Source: Malacoraja senta
Taxonomy: Eukaryota
Direction: 5' to 3'
NCBI GenBank assembly: GCA_038087875.1
Contig: CM075992.1
Coordinates: 12,825,065 to 12,845,064, forward strand
DNA length: 20,000 nt
Position 1 is the stretch's first letter. Each line of letters starts with the position of its first letter. Both the position numbers and the translations under genes were made by a program. The notes below the pieces were generated by a model. The model had not been told where the DNA came from. It saw only the letters and a program-made list of their open reading frames with translations, and did no database searches. Below are positions 9,835 through 19,264 of this stretch, one piece after another.

Positions 9835-10511
9835 ACAAAAACTGTTCAGAGACAGAGAGGAGGGGCTATAACTTTAGAGGGAAACTAAACTTGAAACAGC
9901 ATTATGCTCGGACCAATTTAAAAAGTATGTGTATTTCCATTTGTGGGGTGGTTTTGTGGAATGGTCTTGACGAAACGATTAAACAAAGTATGAATATAAT
10001 GCAAATTTAAAAAATGTACAAAAGATATATCTTTGAAAAGTACAGTAATGAGGAAGGAGAATGTAAATCTCACAGATGTTAATGGTGCTTGTTCTTTTCT
10101 TTTTTTGTTCTTTTTTTCTTAATAGCTTGATTGGAGTAGTTTTATTTGAATTGTCTGTTTAGTTTATTTTATTGAATTTTGCCTTTGTTAATGGTGAAGA
10201 ATGGGGGTAGGACTTGACAAGCATAGGCTTCTTCCTATCCCTTTTCGAACGAGTCTAATGTGTATTATGTTGAAATTGGCTTTTGATTTTTTAATTTATG
10301 TATGTACATATATGTTATGTATATGTGTATGTGTGTATATGTGTATATGTATGTATATATGTACATGTATATGTATGTATGTGTGTATGTATTTATGTAT
10401 ATATATATGTATATATATAATTTTCCTTTATTTATTATTCATTTTCATCTTTTCTTTTCTTCTTTTTTTAATCGTTCGAAATAAAAACATATCAAATCAA
10501 ATCAAATCAAA
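9835..10511 (+). mobile_element. L2-group (Crack/Daphne-like) LINE 3' end with (TCAAA)n tail
   Basis: Translates to GYNFRGKLNLKQHYARTNLKSMCISICGVVLWNGLDETIKQSMNIMQ(frameshift)FKKMYK. The 3'UTR has GGGGTAGGA...CTTCTTCCTATCCC and ends gttcgaaataaa...(tcaaa)4. Confidence 0.75.
10297..10418. repeat. (TATG/TA/TG)n compound microsatellite within the LINE 3'UTR
   Basis: Directly visible. Confidence 0.95.
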
Positions 10512-10578
10512 TTATACCTTCACCATGCGTGAATGCTTTAAAATCAAGTGGTCGAGTTTTATTGCTATATATACTCAA

Positions 10579-10888
10579 GCATAGAAACTTATAAAATATG
10601 TGCAGGAATAGGCCATTCGGCCCTTCAAGCCAGCACTGCCTTTCAATATGATCATGGCTGTTCATCTAAAATCGGTACCTTTCCTGTTTTTTCCCCATAT
10701 CCCATGATTTCGCTAGCCCCGAGAGCTAAATGTAACTCCCTCTTGAAAACATTCAGTGAATTAGCCTCCACTGCCTTCTGTGGCAGAGAATTCCACAGAT
10801 TCACAACTCTCTGGGTGAAGAAGGTTTGTCCTCATCTCAGTCCTAAATAGCCTACCCCTTATTCTTAAACTGTGACCACTGGTTCTGG
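10579..10888 (-). mobile_element. CR1 LINE 3' end
   Basis: Minus strand encodes RTSGHSLRIRGRLFRTEMR...; the plus strand shows the catagaaa tail and ggccattcggccc. Confidence 0.9.
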
Positions 10889-10908
10889 GGGACACAATTT
10901 CATGGCGG

Positions 10909-11006
10909 ACACACACACACACACACGCGCACACACTCACCCACACACCCACCCACACCCACCCACACACTCACCCACACACACCCACACACACACACAC
11001 CCACAC
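10909..11006. repeat. (CA)n/(CACC)n microsatellite
   Basis: Directly visible. Confidence 0.95.
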
Positions 11007-11460
11007 AGCGCCGGGCGCTGATCGGCTCACGAACGGGCCGACTCAGCCCTTAGAAAGCGTCTGATGAAGTCCGGATTACAAATGGGGGGAATGGGGGCGA
11101 TACATGGGGAGATTATCCCCCACCTCTGAAAGCAGTGGGGAGGGGGGGGGGGGCGGGGCGCGACCCCCGTCCCTCCCAGGATTTCCACCCATGCTTGCAC
11201 GGAGGCTGCTCCATGGCCGGAGCTGCAGCGAGTGACTCTCCAGCCCCGCAAATACTCGCCTGCCCCGGCTCCCCGTCTGCATCTGCACCCGCCGCTGCTT
11301 CTGCTGCCATCCCTCCCTCCGCCCGGCTGTCCAACACCCACAACCAGATTGCCCAGAACACAGCATCGCCTCGTCCAAAGCCGGAGATATTGAAACATAT
11401 CTAGCCAAAAAAGTGGGGCGGCTGCAGCCCCCGCAAATCCTTAAATTCCGACTGCCGCTG

Positions 11461-11777
11461 GGAGCAGGACATGGCCTCACTTGCTGCGCTGGGTGACACA
11501 CATTCACTGCCCGGTCCGTGTCTTTAAATACAAATTTGCATGGGGACATGCATTGGAGGTGTGTGACGGTTCAGTCAAGTGAGAATAACAGAGAATAAGA
11601 ATGCTGCTGCCATGTCAACAGACGCGCACATAAGCAGTTGATATTAGTTTTGAAATTCTCGTTGATCACAGAATTTCTCACGACAGAGTGTGAGAAATTC
11701 TGTGATCAGCGTGAGAACGTGAGAATTGGGCGAACTGATAGAGTCTCACACTCAAAGCGTGAGAGTTGGCAGCTCTG
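11461..11777 (+). mobile_element. Right end of a hAT-like element (GTGAGA subterminal repeats, TIR GTTGGCAGCTCTG)
   Basis: Multiple GTGAGA motifs at 11690-11765, an internal perfect 19-bp inverted repeat, and a TIR matching the end at 7182. Confidence 0.6.
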
Positions 11778-11802
11778 GACATTAAAAGTGGCATCTCCTG
11801 CA

Positions 11803-11852
11803 TGAACTGCCTGCTCTACCTGCATGCTTACTTTCAGTGACTGATGTACAAG
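11803..11852 (-). mobile_element. CR1 RT fragment, downstream half of the copy split by the hAT insertion
   Basis: Reverse complement translates LVHQSLKVSMQVEQAV, continuing ...QRDLGVLVH from the fragment at 15462 onward. Confidence 0.9.
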
Positions 11853-12036
11853 CAGGGCCTATGAGAGGGTGGTGCAGGGGGTACATCGTACCTGGGCCCA
11901 GAGTCCAAAAGGGGGCTCGGGAGACAAAGGCAATTTCCTGAAATCTCAGAAAATGTTTGCATATATTTTGTGAAGATTAGCATTCACATTTTGTGTGAGC
12001 CTACATGGTTTTATATATCGTAATTCGTAGAATTAC

Positions 12037-12627
12037 GGACCTAGCAGAGTCATCACTACTGATGGTCTTACCTACTGCAGGAGGGGAGCACTAGGACCCA
12101 GCAGAGTCATCACTACTGATGGGTCTTCCCTGTAGCAGGAGGGGAGCACTAGGACCCAGCAGAGTCATCACTACTGATGGGTCTTCCCTGTAGCAGGAGG
12201 GGAGCACTAGGACCCAGCAGAGTCATCACTACTGATGGGTCTTCCCTGTAGCAGGAGGGGAGCACTAGGACCCAGCAGAGTCATCACTACTGATGGGTCT
12301 TCCCTGTAGCAGGAGGGGAGCACTAGGACCCAGCAGAGTCATCACTACTGATGGGTCTTCCCTGTTGCAGGAGGGGAGCACTAGGACCCAGCAGAGTCAT
12401 CACTACTGATGGGTCTTCCCTGTAGCAGGAGGGGAGCACTAGGACCCAGCAGAGTCATCACTACTGATGGGTCTTCCCTGTAGCAGGAGGGGAGCACTAG
12501 GACCCAGCAGAGTCATCACAACTGATGGGTCTTCCCTGTAGCAGGAGGGGAGCACTAGGACCCAGCAGAGTCATCACTACTGATGGGTCTTCCCTGTAGC
12601 AGGAGGGGAGCACTAGGACCCAGCAGA
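12037..12627. repeat. 58-bp minisatellite, 10 copies plus a 12-bp partial
   Basis: Unit ggacccagcagagtcatcactactgatgggtcttccctgtagcaggaggggagcacta starts at 12094, 12152, ... 12558. The first copy (12037) is a 57-bp variant. Confidence 0.98.
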
Positions 12628-12901
12628 CACAGACCACGTGCTGTCTGCATGGTGGAGGTTGTGGGCCTCGTGCTGCGCCTGGAACTCTGGTGAGGTGACG
12701 GCTCTGGCCCGCTGGTGGCCGGTGGAGAGGCGAGGGTCGGCGGAGTCGCTGGTGGAGGCCCGTGGGGAGCTGGAGTAGAGATACGGGCAGCAGCATCGGT
12801 GGCTTTCTGAAGACAGTGAAGGTCGGCGACAGTGGCTGTGGTGGCCCCGCCCGGGGAGGTGGTGAGAGTCGGCGGCTGCGGCAGTTTCAGTGGCCCGGGC
12901 C

Positions 12902-13920
12902 TGGGTGTGTTGGGTGTGTCAATGGGTGTGGGTGTGTCAATGGGTGTGGGTGTGTCACTGGGTGTGGGTGTGTCAATGGGTGTGGGTGTGTCAATGGGTG
13001 TGCGTGTGTCAATGGGTGTGGGTGTGTCAATGGGTGTGGGTGTGTTAGTGGGTGTGGGTGTGTCACTGGGTGTGTGGGTGTGTCAGTGGGTGTGGGTGTG
13101 TCAATGGGTGTGGGTGTGTCAATGGGTGTGGGTGTGTCAATGGGTGTGGGTGTGTCAATGGGTGTGGGTGTGTCAGTGGGTGTGGGTGTGTCAGTGGGTG
13201 TGGGTGTGTCAGTTGGTGTGGGTGTGTCAATGGGTGTGGGTGTGTCAGTGGGTGTGGGTATGTCAGTGGGTGTGGGTGTGTTGGGTGTGTCAGTGGGTGT
13301 GGGTGTGTTGGGTTTGGCAATGGGTGTGGGTGTGTCAGTGGGTGTGTGGGTGTGTCAATGGGTGTGGGTGGGTCAGTGGGTGTGGGTGTGTTGGGTGTGT
13401 CAATGGGTGTGGGTGTGTCAGTGGGAGTGGGTGTGGGTGTGTTGGGTGTGTCAATGGGTGTGGGTGTGTCAATGGGTGTGGGTGAGTGGGTGTGTCAGTG
13501 GGTGTGTGTGTGTCAGTGAGTGGGTGTGTTGGGTGTGATAATGGGTGTGGGTGTGTCAGTGGGTGTGTCAATGGGTGTGGGTGTGTCAGTGGGTGTGGGT
13601 GAGTGGGTGTGTCAGTGGGTGTGTGGGTGTGTCAATGGTGTGGGTGGGTCAGTGGGTGTGGGTGAGTGGGTGTGGGTGTGTCAATGGGTGTGGGTGTGTC
13701 AATGGGTGTGGGTGTGTCAGTGGGTGTGGGTGTGTCAATGGGTGTGGGTGTGGGTGAGTGGGTGTGGGTGAGTGGGTGTGGGTGAGTGGGTTTAGGTTTG
13801 TTGGGTGTGTCAATGGGTGTGGGTGTGTCAATGGGTCAGTGGGTGTGAGTGGGTGTGTGTGGGTGGGTCTATGTGAGTGGGTGAGTGAGTGTGTGTGTGT
13901 TGGAGTGTGAGTGTTAGTGG
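12902..13920. repeat. G/T-rich minisatellite, ~18-bp unit TGGGTGTGGGTGTGTCA(A/G), decaying into (TGGGTG/TGAG)n
   Basis: Directly visible; explains the low-complexity CG/VG/HP ORFs. Confidence 0.97.
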
Positions 13921-13937
13921 GAGGGTGAATTTTGTAA

Positions 13938-14237
13938 ATGCAGTTAAAACCATTCGATCTGTTGAACTTGTTAACAGAGTATAGACTTGGTGACCTGTTT
14001 CCAGATGTTTGTGTTAGCGTAAGAATACTATTAACAATTCCAGCAACAGTAGCTTCTGCAGAGAGGTCATTTAGCAAACTCAAGCTGATTATGAATTATT
14101 TAAGGTCTACAATGTCTCAGGAATGTCTTGTGGATTTGGCCAGGCTAAGTATTGAATCAAACATTGCCAGAACAATACATTTTTGTGCTGTGATTCGAAA
14201 TTTTGCACAAAAAAGGCCAGGAAAGCTCTTTATTTAA
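13938..14237 (+). pseudogene. hAT transposase C-terminal dimerisation domain (hATC) remnant
   Basis: LFPDVCVSVRILLTIPATVASAERSFSKLKLIMNYLRSTMSQECLVDLARLSIE, containing the catalytic-Glu ERSFS motif. Confidence 0.95.
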
Positions 14238-14410
14238 AGTAAATAATTATGTCTTTTGATGATCTGATCTGCTTTGAAATACAAAAGGATGTTTTTGTGT
14301 GAATTCTTCCTCCTTATCTGTATTGTAGCATAAACAAAGATGTTCAAAACAAATGTGCTTTCTTCTTTCTGATCCTTTTATTTTATTTATATTGATCATG
14401 GAGGGAGTAT

Positions 14411-15257
14411 AGGGGGGTTGCACGTAAGGTCACCGGGTCATAGGGCTTGACGCACGGAGCCGCTCAATCCATCTGGAAGACATCCGTCACTTCCGGTATA
14501 TGTTATTAATGCTAGAAACACGTACTTTCCTACTTGTTAAAAACCGCCAAAATGTTGATTTTTTTTCGCTGTAAAAAATTGTGGAAGTCGGGGTAAGTGT
14601 GAGATACATGTACCCAACTTCAGAATTCAAATAGTGAAGCGAAATGAAGGTAAAGAGAAGCGAGAGCTGAAGGGACAACAACAGCTAAAGTGCTTGGCGA
14701 ACATTGGCCGTGCAGATATCGGAATTGAAAATATCGGGATTTATCGCGTTTGTTCACTGCATTTCATTAACGGTAAGGCATTATTTGTTTTTGTTTTTAT
14801 TTTTTTGGTATCTAAAAAGTCTCAGAAGTGGTAAATCTGGTTGTAAATTTTGCTTCAGAGGCGTTTTATTTTTGTATGTAAAAACCCACGAAAACCAGGG
14901 GCGATTATCCCTTCTGAAACTTTTTAGATGCCAAAGTTGATGAAATGCAGTGAGCAAACGGCCAATGTTCGCCAAGCACTCTGGCTGTTGTTGTTCCTTT
15001 CAGCTCTCGCTTCAATCTATCGTCATTTCTCCTCGCTTTTTGAATTCTGAAGTTGGCTAAATGTCTCTCACGCTTATCCCAATTTCCATACTTATTTACA
15101 GTGCAAAAATGGACAAATTCGGCCGGTTTTAACGGGCCCGCTACGCTGGAAACAATGCTAAGTGCCTACCTGCAGTTCATCGCGTGTACTCCACTTGGCG
15201 TAGCGTAGCAACAGTACGGGTCATGGGGTCGTGACCCGACTGCCGTGATACCTCCCT
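14411..15257. mobile_element. Non-autonomous THAP-bearing DNA transposon, likely ISL2EU (PIF/Harbinger group), nested in the hAT
   Basis: Ends AGGGGGGTTGCACG and CGTGATACCTCCCT form imperfect TIRs, flanked by AT/AT (alternatively GGG..CCC ends with a TATA duplication). Contains THAP exon remnants in both orientations. Confidence 0.75.
14552..14772 (+). pseudogene. THAP zinc-finger exon remnant (transposase N-terminus), frameshifted in a T-run
   Basis: ATG at 14552, then AVKNCGSRG...FRIQIVKRNEG...KCLANIGRAD...RVCSLHFING, followed by a GTAAG donor at 14773. Matches a degenerate C..C..(P)..(W)..VCSxHF THAP pattern. Confidence 0.8.
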
Positions 15258-15461
15258 ATAGGAGCATAAGGCCTCAAATGCAGAAAATCAACAGATCGCT
15301 CCATTCCACCCCTCTCTCATCTTTCATACCCCCTTTTGCCTTACAGGCTACAGCTCATGGCATAAACTGGCAGTGGATAAAAACAGGATGACTAATGGAG
15401 AAGGGAAGGGGGCCCGAAAGAAACTTTGTACCCACTGATAAAATTCCTCTCAGAGGCCCCG

Positions 15462-16031
15462 TGTACAAGCACACCCAGGTCTCGTTGCACCTCCCTTTTT
15501 CCTAATCTGACACCATTCAGATAATAATCTGCCTTTCCGTTCTTGCCACCAAAGAGGATAACCTCACATTTATCCACATTATGCTGCATCTGCCATGCAT
15601 CTGCCCACTCACCCAACCAATCCAAGTCATCCTGCAGCATCAAAGCATCCTCATCGCAGCTCATACTGCCACTCAGCCTTGTGTCATCCGCAAACTTGGA
15701 GATGTCACATTCAATTATTTTGTCTAAATCATTTATATTGTAAATAACTTGGGTCCCAGCTCCGAGTTTTAGTCACTGCGTGCCATTCTGTAAAGGACCC
15801 GGTAAGTCCTACTCTTTGCATTCTGTCTGCCAAACAGTTCTCTATTCATGTCAATACCCTATCCCCAATATCATTTGCTCTAATTTTGCATACTAATCTC
15901 TTGTGTGGGACCTTCAGAAATCCATGCTGGCTTTAACCGATCCTGTTACTGCTTTCCAGATGCGCTGCTATAACATCTTTAACATTCGACTCGAGGATCT
16001 TCCCCACTACTGGTCTATAATTCCCTGTTTT
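15462..16031 (-). mobile_element. CR1 LINE RT fragment, upstream half of the split copy
   Basis: ISKFADDT motif at ~15680-15703; LQDDLDWLGEWADAWQMQHNVDKCEV...QRDLGVLVH. Confidence 0.93.
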
Positions 16032-17443
16032 TAGGCTGTGAGCCAAGATGCTTTTTTGTTTAAGTTTGTGACCCAAATCACGTAACTACCTGAATTTTTA
16101 ACATATTGTGTAAAAATATTATAGAAATAATACCTGAATCTCGTCAAGATCAAAACCTGCTTATTTTTAAAATATGTGGAAAAACCTCCAATTTTCCGAG
16201 TAGTAATTGTCCAATCAAAGCACCTTTGACATTGAGATCGGACGCCAATTGACCATTCACTCGCTTTGTTTCATGGTCGCTAGGTAGCGAGCACTCTGGG
16301 ATCATGGCTGCCTCCTAATTACATCAAAACAATAACAAGGTTTCCAAGGAATAAAGGTAATGCTAACCTTGCTGATAATTTTGTTTTAGAATTGATTTAT
16401 CTTTGTAAAGTTATGATGTGAACTGTTAAATAAAAATGATAAATAGCAAATGTAGAGCTGGGGTTAGGATTAAGGTCAGTCAGTCAGTAGGAATGTTACA
16501 ACATTTTGAGATTTTAAAAATCAAGCCTGTAGTTTATCCCATCAGATAAAGCATAAAAAGAACTTCAATTTGATACCTAATGGACTTTCATATCTTCAGT
16601 ATTAAAAAAGTTGTGGTCATTTTCATACTCGGAAATTAGCATCTTGTTCCCTATCGCTTTTCCATTAATTTAACACAAAATCTGTGATCGAGGACAGTCA
16701 ATTGACATAAAGCCCATAACTTTCTTAAAAATTAAGAGGACTAAATGAATGTTTCAGTTATTATAGATTGAAGCATTCTGAAAAAAATATGATGCGTCTT
16801 ACTTGGATGGCCTGAAATTAAAGTATATAATTAGTTAATTACCTAATTAAGTAGCTAATTACAAAATTAACCGTTGTGACGGAAATAGTAATAAACACCC
16901 AGACTGCCTGAAAAATGAAAAAAATGTGATATTCTCAAGATCAGAACTTTAATATTATTGTACTGTTAAAACAAATAGTAAATACTCAACAAAAATCATA
17001 TTCATCAGTGTCATCAAATCAATTCATCTAAACATCTATCCCATTCTTAAGAAAAGGCTAAAAATATATATTTTTTAAGCCAAAGTATCCAAAAACAAAC
17101 TGATCCCATTCACACAAGAATTCACAATATAACATGATGTTTAAATCTCACTTTGGCATGAATTTCTATGCCAAATCGAAGGAATTGAATGTTTAATTGC
17201 CATAAATGTTACTCTGTTGGTTTATAACACTGCAGCAGGCAAGGGCTGTTTTGCACAGACATGTGTTCACAATCCACAAACATCCACTCTCAAGATAATC
17301 AAAATCATCATTTTTTGCACAATCGTGTCATAAGGACATCTAAATTATCTATATTTCGTGTTATTGTCTATCCAAGATCAATATTTGCACACTAAATGTC
17401 TGACTAAAAACTTCCACAGTACATCGTTTTTAGTCAGATATTT
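16032..17443. mobile_element. AT-rich block, probably an unclassified non-autonomous DNA transposon
   Basis: Abrupt start TAGGCTGTGAGCC at the CR1 boundary, a promoter-like segment at 16200-16360, the reciprocal motifs AAAAAAGTTGTGG / CCATAACTTTCTT, and an inverted repeat at the right end. No matching TIR pair was found. Confidence 0.4.
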
Positions 17444-17447
17444 GTGT

Positions 17448-17570
17448 TTTACACAAGATTCCAGCATCTGCAGTTCCTTGTTTCCCAGTTTGAAGTAGAG
17501 TTCCGACCCGAAATGTTGCCCATCCATGTCCTCCAGACATGGCTGAGCTACTCCAGGACTTTGTATTTTT
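17448..17570 (+). mobile_element. Degenerate tandem Penelope terminal-repeat segment
   Basis: Tail ccagcatctgcagttccttg, followed by ttgaagtagagttccgacccgaaatgttgcc...ctgagctactccaggactttg. Confidence 0.75.
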
Positions 17571-17704
17571 ATCATAATTACGTTTGTCATGCATATGTAT
17601 TTAGCTGATATGAAGAAAAGTAGGAGATGTGATGAAGAAGTACAAGCTAATAGACATTCAAGGATATTTGGTAACTACAGGCTGAGATTGTCATAATAGA
17701 TAAA

Positions 17705-18012
17705 GGCAGCATGGTGGTGCAGCGGTAGAGTTGTTGCCTTACAATGCTAGACACCCGGTTTCGAACCTGACTACGGATGCTGTCTGTATTGAGTCTGTAC
17801 GTGCTCCCCGTGACCTGCGTGGGTTTTCTCCGGGATCTCCGGTTTCCTCCCACACTCGAAAGATGTACAGGTTTGTGGGTTTATTGGCTTAGTATAATTG
17901 TAAATCGTCCCTTGTGTGCCTAGGATATCGTTAGTGTGCAGGGATCGCTGGTCGTTGTGGACTTGGTGGGCCGAAGGGCCTGTTTCCACACTGTACCTTT
18001 AATAAAACTAAA
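17705..18012 (+). mobile_element. Full-length tRNA-derived V-SINE (HE1-like) with CR1-type tail
   Basis: A box TGGTGCAGCGG (17715-17725), B box GTTTCGAACC (17758-17767), V-domain ctccccgtgacctgcgtgggttttctccggg...tccggtttcctcccaca, and tail gggccgaagggcctgtttccacactgta. Confidence 0.92.
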
Positions 18013-18035
18013 AAATAATTTGCTTATAAGCACCG

Positions 18036-18152
18036 AAACCGAAAGCTGGAGAAAACCCACACAGTCACAGGGAGAATGTGCAAACTCCGGACAGATGGCA
18101 CCCAAAGTCAAGATCGAACCCGGGTCTCTGGCGCTGTAAGGTAGCAACTCTA
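18036..18152 (-). mobile_element. V-SINE 5' half, opposite orientation
   Basis: Reverse complement: tagagttgctaccttacagcgccagagacccgggttcgatc...ggagtttgcacattctccctgtgactgtgtgggttttctcc. Confidence 0.88.
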
Positions 18153-18199
18153 TTGTAATGTCCATGAAAAAACTCATTAAATGCCTCCTCCTCTTCCTC

Positions 18200-18450
18200 C
18201 TCCTGCCTTAAATCTATGGTCTTTGGTTATAGCTAGTTCTGCTAATGGTAAAAGATTATCACTATATACCTTATGTATGACACTCATAATTTTATATACC
18301 CTTCTGGTGCCTTCTCTGCTCCACAGAAAACAGAACCAGTCTCTACAGTCTCCTTCCTAGCTGAATACTCCATCCGAGGCAACATCCTGGTGAATATGCT
18401 TTGCACCCTCTCCAGTGCAAGTGCATCTTTCCTGAAATGTGGTGACTCGA
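18200..18450 (-). mobile_element. Old CR1 ORF2 fragment
   Basis: Reverse complement translates SPHFRKDALALERVQSIFTRMLP. Confidence 0.75.
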
Positions 18451-18892
18451 GATGTGAATTGATTATTGTTCTGTTCAGTGTGGGGAATGATTAAAATTAA
18501 GGAGAATGAACATGAGGTAATCAACAACTTACTCTGATATTTACTTAACAGCTGCAACATAAAGCAGTTTAGCCATTCTTCTCTTTCATAACACAAAGCT
18601 TTGCTTGAAAACTTTGCAGTTCATGCCTGGCTGCATCTCATTCAATTAATAATGTCAACCTTTCAGAGATACCTTTCATACAATTGGGTTTGTGGGTTAC
18701 TTGTACTATATTGTCATCAAAATATTTCAACATGAAAATCAATTCCTAATCAACCCAAACTTGAGATATCAGTCGCGTTAATCTATGACAATATAAAAGA
18801 AAACCTCATGTCAGTAACGGTAACTTAATTAACTACTTGAGCGATGTCAGAGGGAACATGAGAAGCATATGGAAAGAAAAGGGACAGTGATA

Positions 18893-19140
18893 GAGGAAAA
18901 ACCTTTTCACCCTGAGAGTTGTGAATCTGCAGAATTCTTTTCCTCAGAAGACAGTGGAGGCCAATTCTCTGGATGCTTTCAAGAGAGAGTGATAGATAGA
19001 GCTCTCAAAGATAGCAGAGTCAGAGGATATGGTGAGAAGGCCAGAACTGGGTACTGATTGTGGATGATCAGCCATGATCGCAGTGAATGGCGGTGCTGGA
19101 TCGATGGGCCGAATGGCCTACTCCTGCACCTATTGTCCAT
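18893..19140 (+). mobile_element. CR1 LINE 3' end
   Basis: ttttcaccctgagagttgtgaatctg...gatcagccatgatc...gggccgaatggcctactcctgcacctattgtc. Confidence 0.9.
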
Positions 19141-19264
19141 AAAGAATTTGTTTCAGTACATTGGAAGCAAATGGCATTGAACTATCTCCTTGTGGAAGTA
19201 GAATCCCAGCTCTAGTTTTTAGTTTAAGGGAAAAGTGCACAACCATTTTGTGACTATTTTAGTT

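Larger units (their letters stand above)
11853..15461 (+). mobile_element. Non-autonomous, internally deleted hAT DNA transposon, 3609 bp
   Basis: TIRs CAGGGCCTATGAGAGG (11853-11868) and CCTCTCAGAGGCCCCG (15446-15461) match 14/16. Perfect 8-bp TSD TGTACAAG at 11845-11852 and 15462-15469. Contains a hATC domain remnant. Confidence 0.95.

Noticed and set aside
10201..10584. 127-aa hydrophobic ORF
   Set aside because: Translation of the TATG microsatellite and T-rich LINE 3'UTR.
11027..11549. Overlapping GC-rich ORFs or a CpG-island promoter
   Set aside because: Lies among hAT-like termini; ORFs in multiple frames reflect GC content.
12037..12627. CRISPR-like array or C/D-box snoRNA cluster
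   Set aside because: Pure head-to-tail repeats with no spacers; CTGA is present but there is no RTGATGA C box.
12762..13771. Cys/Gly-rich 'keratin-associated' or 'metallothionein-like' ORFs (217-258 aa)
   Set aside because: Frames are open on both strands because of the 18-bp G/T minisatellite.
13938..14237. Domesticated ZMYM/ZBED-type host gene exon
   Set aside because: Enclosed by hAT TIRs with an intact TSD, and only the C-terminal domain remains.
17705..17780. tRNA gene
   Set aside because: The A/B boxes run directly into a V-domain and LINE-type tail, so this is a SINE head.
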